A model generated the notes under the pieces. It was not told the origin of the DNA and searched no databases. It saw only the letters and a program-made list of their open reading frames with translations. From the NCBI GenBank assembly GCA_950097015.1, contig CATNEN010000004.1, forward strand, positions 62,001 to 126,000: a DNA stretch of 64,000 nucleotides. The letters are read 5' to 3'. Positions 37,749-49,860 of this stretch are shown piece by piece. The stretch comes from Macrostomum hystrix. Its lineage: Eukaryota; Animalia; Platyhelminthes. The translations under genes were made by a program, and so were the position numbers. Each line of letters starts with the position of its first letter. Within the stretch, counting starts at the first letter, position 1.

Positions 37749-40043
37749 ATGGGCAGGGACTACTACAAAACACTAAATCTATCTGCTAACTGCACGGTGG
37801 ACGATGTGAAAAGGGCGTAAGTAGTTTCAACTTTTTTCTTCATATTCATATTCTATTTTTTTAATACGATTTGTCAATGGACCTATTGCTTGCATTTTTT
37901 CTTGGCTGCCTTGTCATATAGAATGTTGCGTTTTAATTTTGAAAGCAGCATATTTTGTCCCTCAATTTATTTTGTATATGTCTTAGAACAAAAAATAAAG
38001 AAAAATAAAGTTTCTTATTATATAGTACTTGTCCCTAATGGTCATTTTCCTATTATCAAATTTAATTACGCATTCTATAATCTATAAATAGTTGTTATAT
38101 TTTACTCTTACCTAATAGCCTCGCTTATATTCACTTTCTGAGAAAATATGTTATAGTCCTATTTCAGTATTTAGATAGACGACTATCTAGCATTTGAATA
38201 TAAATATAGTAAGTACCTTAAAAGGCATACTTATGTGTTCCAAGCTTCTCAACTAGACGATTTTAGCTTAAATCGTGTTGCACTGAAAGCACCAAAAAGG
38301 CTCTTCGCTATAGTTTTGTATTTAAACTTTTCTTCAATGAAATTGAATATAATTTACATTGAAATATCACAATACAACAATACAATTTGGACTGAACCAG
38401 AAAGCAAAATGGATTTTACATTCGAACATTCAGCACTTTTTAAACTAATAATAATTTTTATTATTAAGACAACAAATATCCATTTGCAATTGTAAAATAT
38501 TACACATTTCTCAAGACTTTACAACATTAGAAGCACCAAAAATAATTATTAATTGTATTTTCTCCATGTGTGCAGTTACCGCAAGCTAGCATTGAAGTAC
38601 CATCCGCAAAAGAATGCCGAGGAGTCAGCCAAAGAGAAATTCTTGCAAATCGCCGAGGCTTACGACGTGCTGTCCGACCCGCGTAAGCGCGCCGTCTACG
38701 ACCAGTTCGGCGAGGAGGGCCTGAAGGCCGGCGTGCCGCACGGATTCAACCGCAGCGGCGCCCACACTGAGGGCTACACATTTCACGGCGACCCGCTGCG
38801 GGTCTTTTTGGAGTTCTTTGGCAACGAGAACCCGTTCCGTGAATTCTTCGACCGCGTCGATGGCGACATGCACATGAGTTTCGGCGGCCTGCATGGCCGC
38901 GGTCAAAAGAAGAAGGACGAGCCGATCGAGCGCGACCTGCTGGTGTCGCTGGAGGAGATCTACCACGGCTGCGTCAAGAAAATGAAGATCGCCAGGCGGG
39001 TGAGTTTCGATCCTGATAGACTGTTGCCATTGTGCATCGGTATCGATAAAATTTGTAATTGAGCTCAGATCAAGTCAACTCGACTCCATCGCTGCAGGTA
39101 ATGAATGAAGACGGCCACACGAGCAGCGTCCGCGAGAAGATTCTCACAATTGTTGTGAAGCGCGGCTGGCGACAGGGCACTAAGATCACATTTCCTGAGG
39201 AGGGCGACCAGGGGCCAAACAATGTCCCAGGTAATTCTTTTTTATTGACAACTATCACAACAGAAGAAGCTTGAATTCAGGGCACTCGTGCTATTTTTTA
39301 GCCGACATCGTCTTTGTTGTCAAGGACAAGCCGCATCCGAGGTTCCGGCGCGAGGGCTCCGATCTGATCTACACGGCGAACATCCCGCTGGGCAGGGCTC
39401 TCACCTCCTACACGGTGGACATCATCACCCTGGATGACCGGATCCTGCACATCCCCATCACCGACATTGTGCAGTGAGATTTTTTAGTCATCTAATTTTT
39501 GTGCTTGTGTGTTTTTGGGCAGGAGTCGAAGAAATTGAATGCACGTAAAATCAGCAGTTAGATGGTTTGGGCGAGTTTTGAATGGACATTAAACCAAGCC
39601 GTGAGGTGGCTGTGTGGGCAAGGGATAGGAAATATCGAATGTACATCAAACCAAGCCGTGAGGTGGCTGTGTGGGCAAGGGATAGGAAATATCGAATGTA
39701 CATCAAACCAAGTCATGAGGTGGCTGTATGGGCAAGGGATAGGAAATATCGAATGTACATCAAGCCAAGTCATGAGGTGGCTGTGTGGGCAAGGGATAGG
39801 AAATATCGAATGTACATCCAATTAAGGTATAATCTATTCCATAGAAAAATAGATCGTGTTTCTAGTTGCGCTCCCAAACCCGCATTCTCCAGTCCGACCT
39901 TCGTGAAGACGGTGCCAGGCGAGGGAATGCCACTGCCGGAGAATCCATCGCAGAAGGGCGACCTTCACATTCACTTCAACGTTCAGTTCCCAACGAAGCT
40001 GAGCGCCGAGCAGCGCAAAGCCATTGCTGATGTTCTGTGCTAA
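37749..40043 (+). CDS. DNAJB13: DnaJ homolog subfamily B member 13 (radial-spoke HSP40). Exons 37749-37816, 38576-38999, 39098-39230, 39302-39473 and 39893-40043
   Basis: MGRDYYK...[14 protein letters not shown] (HPD changed to HPQ, a non-canonical J motif as in DNAJB13). [27 protein letters not shown]; VPGEGMP. All junctions are GT-AG and in frame. Confidence 0.92.
39591..39820. repeat. 57-bp intronic repeat, 4 copies
   Basis: Directly visible. Confidence 0.95.
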
Positions 40044-40679
40044 GGCAGCACTTGGAAAATTTCGCTACTAGAAGCGACAATTAACAAATGAAATTGTGAA
40101 TGCACTTTACAATGAACATTAACTTGTACTTTTGATTGATTTTAGGCGATAAAGTTTTTGTTGTTACTTTATGTAAGAAAACTTCAGAGTGTTTACACGA
40201 TACGTTTAACAGTTTCATTGGAATGAATATCGGCAAATTTAATTAATTGACGTCAAAATAAATTGCGTCTTATTCTACTGATAGTAGTACTCTATGGTGT
40301 GAGATTTCCCTTCAAATATTGAGTAAACTGCTACGCAAAAGTTAACACCTTTCATTTTTACGACTCGGAACTTTATTAAACTTGTTTGAAAGCGCTTTGT
40401 CTCCCCCTTTTCAGAAGTCTTTGCTCACTTACAGCAATGTAATATTGTAAATGGAATAGGAAATGTAACAAAGACAATTTAACTAACTGAAGACTGTTCA
40501 CAATCTCTTTGTAAATAATCTGAAGGGGAGACGGCCCCATCCAACCTCAATTACGACCCTGAATAATCTGATTTAAAACACATGAGAAAATTTTCGAATT
40601 TGTGTACAAAGCGAAAAAATTATTCGGATCTGGAGTTGAATCTTAAAGTACATTGCTTCTCCTCTGTAGGCATTAGCAA

Positions 40680-41500
40680 GCAGAGCCAGTCAATTATCCA
40701 ACAGAGCCAGTCAATTATCCAACAGAACCAGTCAATTATCCAGCAGAACCAGTCAATTATCCAGCAGAACTAGTCAATTATCCAGAAGAACCAAGTAAAT
40801 TATCCAGCAGAACTAGTCAATTATCCAGCAGAACCAAGTAAATTATCAGGCAGAACCAAGTCAATTATCGGGCAGAACCAGTAAATTATCCAGCAGAACC
40901 AGTCAATTATCCAGCAGAACCAGCAAATTATCAGGCAGAACCAAGTCAATTATCCAGCAGAACCAGTGAATTATCCAGCAGAACCAGTGAATTATCCAGC
41001 AGAACCAAGTAAATTATCAGGCAGAACCGAGTCAATTATCCAGCAGAACCAGTGAATTATTCAGCGGAACCAGTAAATTATCCAGCAGAACCAGTAAATT
41101 ATCCAGCAGAACCAAGTAAATTATCCAGCAGAACCAAGTCAATTATACAGCAGAACCAGTCAATTATCCAGCAGAACCAAGTCAATTATCCAGCAGAACC
41201 AAGTCAATTACCCAGCAGAACTAGTCAATTATCCAACAGAACCAAGTAAATTATCCAGCAGAACCAGTCAATTATCCAACAGAACCAAGTAAATTATCCA
41301 GCAGAACCAGTCAATTATCCAGCAGAACCAAGTAAATTATCAGGCAGAACCAGTCAATTATCCAGCAGAACCAAGTAAATTATCGGGCAGAACCAGTAAA
41401 TTATCCAGCAGAACCAAGTAAATTATCGAGCAAAACTAGTCAATTATCACGTAGAAAACCCACCATTGTGAACAGGAAGACCCAGTAAATTATCCAGCAG
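40680..41500. repeat. 21/22-bp minisatellite (AGAACCAGTCAATTATCCAGC)
   Basis: Directly visible. Confidence 0.95.
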
Positions 41501-41644
41501 AAGACACAGGACCTGCAAGCTCGCAATGGAATTAAGTTTAGTCTCACTGTCGTGTGAAGCACATGAAGCACTGTCGTGTTGCACGTAATTCTCCGTGGAA
41601 GCAAATATATTTATTACCGCCCGTCAGCCCCATCGTGCCGGTCA

Positions 41645-41693
<49 letters not shown>

Positions 41694-42348
41694 TCTACTT
41701 GGCTGTGAATCAGTCATTAATTTTATTTCGGACCAATTAATTATGCTGCGGCTAAGGTGTTGGGATCTGCCCAAGCCGGGGCTCCGATGCCACTTCAGTT
41801 CAAACCAGAGAAGGTGAGCTATTATTCATTAAGAAATTTTTTTAGCCCTTGGAAAGGAAGAATTTGTTTAATCAAGACGCTGTGCACGGCTACCACTAGA
41901 TTCCGGCAGTGTCCGTGATTAAAAATCGAAAATCCCATTAGCATTAACAGAAGCTGAGTTTGAGCAGTATTTTCCGTAAGTTGACTTTGTCAAATATTCA
42001 TCACCAATTGGCCGCCGGTTGGGGAAGGGGAGGAACAGTCGCGCCCTTCACCCCCGGAGCTAGGAAACAGGAGAAAGGCAAAGAGAAAGTGGGAGAATGA
42101 AGCATAGCAACGCAAAACTCACTCGCAGTCTCTACGCCAGCCAAAATCTAGCTTCTTTTTCCCCGTCCGCGTTCACAATCGCAGCATAAATTATGATAAT
42201 TAAGGTGCTGATCCTCTTTGGTTCCAAAGTTCCCAGCTCTAATACAGGATCAACTATTCATAATTCATCTGTTTACCCAAAATTCCCTGCTGGCCTGGTC
42301 TCTGCTGAGTGTTGTAGGCCGAACGTGTTTTGGTTTCGGTCATTGCAA

Positions 42349-42381
<33 letters not shown>

Positions 42382-42614
42382 CTGTGGGGAATGTGACCTG
42401 CACTGTTCTCACTCACCAAGGATGGAGTGAGCAGCCAAGCTGGGCTGGTGTGTTTGCCCTACTTTTCACTGCAAAGTCTGTATGAGAAACGAAAGCTGTG
42501 TTTTAGAATGTTATATAGGAGCTATAGGCGAAAACATTAACTGTTTCAGGTTCAACTACAATCACCTGCATGTGCACTTTTCATACATGATGGCGATAGT
42601 TGATAATTATTCGG

Positions 42615-43982
42615 ACTCTAGCTGCGATTCCTGGTAAGATTCTACCTACAGCTTCTTTGGCGCTTCTAGCTGCGATTCCTGGTAAGATTCTACCTACAGC
42701 TTCTTTGGCGATTCTAGCTGCGATTCCTGGTAAGATTCTACCTACAGCTTCTTTGGCGATTCTAGCTGCGATTCCTGGTAAGATTCTACGTACAGCTTCT
42801 TTGGCGAATTTAGCTGCGATTCCAATCCTAAGGAGATTGTCGATAAGATGCTTCTCATAGTTCCTTGTGAGATTCTTTGAAAGATTCCAGCTAGGATTCC
42901 TAGTGAGATTCTAGCTACGATTTCAAGCGAGATTCCAGCTACGAATCTGGTAAGTTTCTAGCTACGACTCCTAGAGAGGTTCCAGCTACGATTTTTAGAG
43001 AGATTCCAGCTATGATTCCAAGTAAGATTCTAGCTACCATTCCTAGTGAGATTCCACCTACGATTCCTAGATAGATTTCAGCAACGATTCCTAGTGAGAT
43101 TCCAGCAACGATTCCTAGTGAGATTTCAGCTACGGCTCCTAGTGAGATTCCAGCTACGATTCCTAGAGAGGTTCCAGCTACGATTTTTAGAGAGATTCCA
43201 GCTATGATTCCAAGTAAGATTCTAGCTACCATTCCTAGTGAGATTCCACCTACGATTCCTAGAGAGATTCCAGCTACGATTTCTAGCGAGATTCCAGCTA
43301 CGATTCTGGTAAGTTTCTAGCTACGACTCCTAGAGAGGTTCCAGCTACGATTTTTAGAGAGATTCCAGCTATGATTCCAAGTAAGATTCTAGCTACCATT
43401 CCTAGTGAGATTCCACCTACGATTCCTAGATAGATTTCAGCAACGATTCCTAGTGAGATTTCAGCTACGATTCCTAGAGAGATTCCAGCAACGATTCCTA
43501 GTGAGATTTCAGCTACGGCTCCTAGTGAGATTCCAGCTACGATTCCTAGAGAGATTCCAGCAACGATTCCTAGTGATTATTTCAGCTACGACTCCTAGTG
43601 AGATTCCAGCTACGATTCCAGCTACGACTCCTAGAGAGATTCCAGCTACGATTCCAAGTAAGATTCTAACTACCATTCCTAGTGAGATTCCACCTACGAT
43701 TCCTAGAGAGATTCCAGCTACGATTTCTAGCGAGATTCCAGCTACGATTCTGGTAAGTTTCTAGCTACGAATCCTAGAGAGGTTCCAGCTACGATTCCTA
43801 GAGAGATTCCAGCTACCATTCCTAGTGAGATTTCAGCAACGATTCCTAGTGAGATTTCAGCTATGGCTCCTAGTGAGATTCCAGCTACGATTTCAAGTAA
43901 GATTCTAGCTACCATTCCTAGTGAGATTCCAGCTACGATTCCTAGTGAGTAGCGGCTACGATTCCAAGTGAGATTCCAGCTA
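42615..43982. repeat. Degenerate 24-bp minisatellite (GAGATTCCAGCTACGATTCCTAGT) with higher-order blocks
   Basis: Directly visible. Confidence 0.93.
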
Positions 43983-43983
43983 A

Positions 43984-44382
43984 GGGGGTCGGTGGCAGAG
44001 CGGTTAACGCGTTTGCCTCTCGCACCAAGGTCCTTAAGTTCGATTCCACGGCGAGGCCACATTTATTTGGGGCGCAGCCGCGGAGAGAAGGCTTGGGGGC
44101 TTGTCGTGCAATTTACGCCCTTGAGGGCCAACCTCCAAGGCAGAGTGAAATGTACACTGCCTGACGATGAGAAAGTCAGGGCAGATGTACACACCTGTGT
44201 GAGCGTATGCCTGCGTACAGTATCTGTGTGCGTGTGTGCTCAGGAGTCAGCGAAATGGGCAGAATTGTCTCCTCGCTGGCTGCGGGTCTAGTGTCACCAA
44301 ATGATGTGCCATTGCCCGCAGCCCTCCTGCAATTATTATTATTATTATTATCATTATTACTATCATTATTGTTATTATCATT
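43984..44382 (+). mobile_element. tRNA-headed SINE with a (TTA)n tail, inserted into the 24-bp array
   Basis: A-box TGGCAGAGCGG, B-box AGTTCGATTCC, an (ATT)n 3' tail, and array units that resume at ~44383. Confidence 0.75.
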
Positions 44383-44924
44383 AAGATTCCATCTACGATT
44401 CCATGTTCTGGTTCCTGTTGAGATCCCAGCTGCGATTCCTGCTGCGATTCTGGAAAGGAAAAAGAAAAAAGCGAGAGACATTAACAAGAGCGATAGAGCG
44501 AAAATGAAAGGGATTGTGGGCAACAAGGGCAGGAAGGAACTGCCAGCTCAACAGACGAAAGCGGACGCGCTTGTCGTACACTATGGCAACAAGCGGCTCG
44601 CAGAATGTTTGCCCAAACTCAGTCTGAGCTGCAGTCTCTCCTGTGCCATGCCAGCTCCGCTGGTCAAATAAGCTGTGTGATCTCGCTAGGGTAAAGCTAG
44701 GCCGGTACTGGCAAAGTCAAAATGTAACTGAATGGTGGAAACCTTGAGGATTTCTGTACTTCTTCTGGCTCTAATCTAACAGGAAATGATTTAGACGCGC
44801 TCTAGCTAGTGAAAGACTTGATTCTTGAACCCCAACTACTAATCAATAATATAGACACACTCTCCATTCTCATCTATCCATTATCCGTCTCTAATTTGTC
44901 CCCTATCGCTACTCTCGCATCTGT

Positions 44925-45500
44925 CCCCCATCTCTCCAGTCTCATCTGTCCCCCATCTCTCCTCTCTCATCTGTCCCCCATCTCTCCTCTCTCATCTGTC
45001 CCCCATCTCTCCAGTCTCATCTGTCCCCCCATATCTCCAGTCTCATCTGTCCCCCATCCCTCATCTGTCCCCCATCCCTCCAGTCTCATCTGACCCCCAT
45101 CTCTCCTCTCACATCTGTCCCCCATCTCTCCAGTCTCATCTGTCCCCCCATATCTCCAGTCTCATCTGTCCCCCATCCCTCCTGTCTTATCTGTCCCCCA
45201 TCTCTCCTGTCTCATCTGTCCCCCATCTCTCCAGTCTCATCTGTCCCCCGTCTCTCCAGTCTCATCTGTCCCCCGTCTCTCCTGTCTCATCTGTCCCCCA
45301 TCTCTCCTCTCTCATCTGTCCCCCATCTCTCCAGTCTCATCTGTCCCCCATCTCTCCAGTCTCATCTGTCCCCCGTCTCTCCTGTCTCATCTGTCCCCAT
45401 CTCTCCTGTCTCATCTGTCCCCCATCTCTCCAGTCTCATCTGTCCCCCATCTCTCCAGTCTCATCTGTCCCCCATTTCTCCTGTCTCATCTGTCCGCCGT
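44925..45500. repeat. 25-bp pyrimidine-rich minisatellite (CTCATCTGTCCCCCATCTCTCCAGT)
   Basis: Directly visible. Confidence 0.95.
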
Positions 45501-45852
45501 CTCTCCCCTCTCCAACTTAGGCAGTTTTCAAGTGATTCGGGCCCAGTCGGCATGCAAATTAACTGATTAAAAGTGAAAGGCTTTGCTCATAAAAGATCTC
45601 TAAGATTCATTCAATCTCATGCGGCAGCTTGCCTGGCCCTGGGGCGTCTAGTCTTTAATAAATAGCTCCTTTATATCAATTGGGTGATCCAGAGTTCTCA
45701 GCCTTAGCAACAGAATAGCTGCAGAATACCAATGCAGTTAATGCCGTGCAGTTTCCCATTCATTTCTTATTAATTCTACGATTTAGTTTTTTCGACCAGA
45801 TTCTATATTTAAAGATTCAAATGTTTTTTTATTGTGATTCAATCGGAAAGCC

Positions 45853-46170
45853 ATTTGGTCAGTCATTTCGTCAGTCATTTCGTCAGTCATTTCGTCAGTC
45901 ATTTCGTCAATCATTTTTTTTGTCATTCGGTCAGTCATTCGGTCAGTCATTTGGTTAGTCATTTGGTGAGTCATTTGGTTAGTCATTTGGTCAGTCATTT
46001 GGTGAGTCATTTGGTTAGTCATTTAGTTAGTCATTCTGTCAGTCAATTGGTCAGTCATTTAGTCAGTCATTCGGTCAGTCATTCGGTCAGTCATTTGGGC
46101 AGTCATTCGGTCAGTCATTTGGTCAGTCATTCGGTCAGTCATTTGGTCAGTCATTTGTTCAGTCATGTGG
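45853..46170. repeat. 12-bp minisatellite (CAGTCATTTGGT)
   Basis: Directly visible. Confidence 0.93.
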
Positions 46171-46799
46171 TCAGCTCTAGAATAAAATAGAGTAACAAAG
46201 TCAGAATAAAACAAAACACGAACAACCGTTTCCCTAAATATGATTTACAATTTTCGTCGTATAGTAAATCGTTTGTTGTTTTTCAGTTAAATAATAAATA
46301 TTCGATAAGACATACTTATAAGACATGCTATAACTTCCTGCTTAAGTCGTGGGCTGCCACTATTCTCCAGCATGTGTGTGACATTCTTCTTTTACAAAGT
46401 CAGCATTGTATTGATCGATGCTAACTATTGGATTGGGATCTACCGGAGATACGAGTAATATCACCCTTGACCGATCGCTAAATCAATACACCTTTAGAGA
46501 CACGGAACTAAAAGCATTACTATAACGCAAGACTTAAATTAGCCCGTAGTTTGAGATCTACTTTGAGCAACTCCCATTCGCTTTGAAAGCTACGGAACAG
46601 AAATCTACTATTGATACAAGGCAAGTTGGCAGTAAAACTATAAAACTGACATATTACGAATATTAACTGTGCACAATGTGCTGCATAACTTCACCCATTG
46701 ATTATAATAGTGCTACTGAAATTTTATAATGTAAGGCTTCACTATTTGAAAGTACACCCATGCACGTCATTTGTCTACCCCACAGTAAGGTAGAAAGAA

Positions 46800-47262
46800 T
46801 GTGAGGGAGGGTTAGAGAGAGGGAGGGAGAGTTGAAGAGTGCGATAGTGAGTTGAAGAGTGCGATAGAGAGTTGGAGAGTGCGATAGAGAGTTGGAGAGT
46901 GCGAGTTAAAGTTGGAGAGAGTGAGGTAGAGTTGGGTGGGTGTGAGGTAGAGTTGGGTGGGTGTGAGGTAGAGTTGAAGAGTGTGAGTGCGAGTGTGAGG
47001 GAGAGTGTGAGGGAGAGTTGGAGAGTGGAGGGAGGGTTGGAGAGTGTGAGTGCGAGTGTGAGGGAGAGTGTGAGGGAGAGTGTGAGGGAGAGTTGGAGAG
47101 TGTGAGGTAGAGTTGGAGAGTGGGAGTGCGAGTGTGAGGGAGAGTGTGAGGGAGAGTTGGAGAGTGGAAGGAGGGTTGGAGAGTGTGAGGGAGAGTTGGA
47201 GGGAGAGTTGGAGAGTGTGAGGGAGAGTTGGAGAGTGGAGGGAGGGTTGGAGAGTGTGAGGG
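46800..47262. repeat. GA-rich degenerate low-complexity array
   Basis: Directly visible. Confidence 0.9.
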
Positions 47263-48803
47263 AGATCAGTTTCTTAAAGCTGTCAGAGACTAAAGTAGAG
47301 CAGTTAGAGAAAATGATATTGTAGCAGAAAGGAGAGCCGGATGAAGCAGTCGATTGCGCCAGTTTGTGGCTGAGGATAATGTTTCTGTCGAATAGAAAAA
47401 TGAATTCCCTTCCGGACTCTGGGTTTATCGATTCTGTAACAGCCCTGGCATGCCACCCTGTCTCTATCTTTTATCTTTATATCTGTCTGCAATGCAATAA
47501 AAAACAATTTTCCTGAAGCCTTAAATAAAAAATGGTCTCATATTTTCGTTTCAAATTTCTATCATTTCGCAATCGAAGTCCGATCCCTCCCATGCCAGGT
47601 CTGTTATCCCAATGCGGTTCGGATCCGGTTTCTCAGACACTGAAAACTCTTGAAAGAAACTTATTGAACGCAAAGAATTCATTGAAGAAAACGACACTTT
47701 AACGAACAAAATTCTCCGACCCAACGGATTTTCTAATCTTCGTAAGATGCAGTCCCAAGGTTCAATAGTAATTCTCGCATTGTGCTTTTGCCAATGATGC
47801 CTTGAGTACAGCCATCACTCTCCGATTAGATTTCGTAGACTCTTACCCATAGATAGTAAAAGCGTGCAGCATCGTTCCGGTGTGTGGGGGCGGAGACCCC
47901 AAATGGCCAGCTAAAATTAGTTTTTCAAAAAAGTGGATATAAGAGTATATACACTTATGTCTATGGTAAGAACTAAAGGTTTATGACTAGCTGTTTCATT
48001 TTTACCACACTACAATAGGCTACGTCCTACGAAACAGTGCTATACTGTCCTGAACTAAGGAAAGGAGAAAGGTATTCTTAGTTGACTGACGAGCTTTGAA
48101 ATGACTACAACCTGGCTTCTTCATTGGGGACGCGTCAACTGGCGGAATGATAAGCGGACTTACTGGCGCCGAGATTGAGAAGTACATGGATGATTTCGAC
48201 TTTGAGACGGCTGTTAATCAGGCTTTTTTTAGAAATCGGGCAATTAACATCATTATAGAGAAGCATTTTTGGTGGCAGGAAGTTTGAAAGTTAAAACTTT
48301 TCCGTGCAATAATGCTATCTCTGCACGGCACTGATGCACGGGCCATAGAATAGAACAATTAGTATTGTATCGACTCGTTAAATAGGTTTCGACCATTTGG
48401 ATGAAACGCTGGAAAGAACATAATTAATAACTAGACATTGGCGTAGGCGCATTGTAAATTTAACTTGGATGCAAACCTGGACGTGTATCTAATGTTAGCC
48501 GGTTTTGTATCTACAATGGCGAGGATGTAATCCCACGAGAGCAGTGCTCCGCTTGTCCACAAAAAACCCAGCCATTATTCAATGGCGTCGCTAGCGAGGG
48601 GGCACTAAACAAGCAGCAGAAATGGCATTGTAAATCCAGAATGTTTTATGCTTTAGTACGCTCTACATTCTGGCTATTTGCCCATTTCCTTCTTTTGTTA
48701 CTATGTGATTTCTTCAGGGAGCCACTTACTTTCTTACCTTTTTATACTTTTACGACTAATTAATTGGTGATTGTAGAAAATGCCCTCGACATAAGCATAA
48801 CTA

Positions 48804-49208
48804 TCAGTTGCTTCATGACCTCAGAACCTGGACACCGCACAAGTGCTCACAGTTGCTTCATGACATCAGAACCTGGACACCGCACAAGTGCTCACAGTTG
48901 CTTCATGACCTCAGAACCTGGACACCGCACAAGTGCTCACAGTTGCTTCATGACCTCAGAACCTGGACACCGCACAAGTGCTCACAGTTGCTTCATGACC
49001 TCAGAACCTGGACACCGCACAAGTGCTCACAGTTGCTTCATGACCTCAGAACCTGGACACCGCACAAGTGCTCACAGTTGCTTCATGACCTCAGAACCTG
49101 GACACCGCACAAGTGCTCACAGTTGCTTCATGACCTCAGAACCTGGACACCGCACAAGTGCTCACAGTTGCTTCATGACCTCAGAACCTGGACACCGCAC
49201 AAGTGCTC
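48804..49208. repeat. 45-bp minisatellite, 9 near-identical copies
   Basis: CAGTTGCTTCATGACCTCAGAACCTGGACACCGCACAAGTGCTCA repeated. Confidence 0.97.
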
Positions 49209-49860
49209 CATTTTCAGCGGAATGAGTTTCTGCTCAATGTTTCTTTCTTTCGACCATAGACTATTCCCACCCGACCCCCCCCCAACTTGCAGTGTTTCAG
49301 TAACCCAACCCTGCCTACAGTGGCATTCGTTATCCAAAACGGAGCATCAAAATTACCACAGACGCTGTGACCGCATCACAACGTCACAGTATCGAACCAG
49401 AAATAGAATAATTAATAAGCGGAGGCTATTCAGTTGTCGAGGAGGTAATCGCAATGGCAGCGAATCACTGCATGCAGCACAGCAACCGTATATTTGCGTG
49501 AGTGCACAATAGACACAGCAGCTATAAAACTACTACAGATGAATACTCGAATCGCACTCGAATGGGCAGGTCTCAACTCTCGAGTCGCAGGTTTCATCAA
49601 CGATGAAAATAAGTCACGGTGTATTAGCGAAGTATTGCATCACAAAGAGAAGTCATAATTTCATTTTGTGATCAAACTATAATTGATTGTTGGACTAAAT
49701 TAGTTAAGATGAATATAAGCAAATGTGAGAACTAAATCAGCAAGCCGATTCATTCTTTGAAACCTTTGAAGAAGCCTGAAAGAAGAACGGCGTTGGTTTT
49801 TGGAGTTGGCTCTCACTAGCTCCTCTCACAGCTTTTTCACAACGAGTTTTTCAGTCCAGG

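Noticed and set aside
41640-42380. (CAG)n/(CTG)n tracts as polyQ/polyA exons
   Set aside because: No consistent ORF or splice model was found. They are probably UTR or microsatellite.
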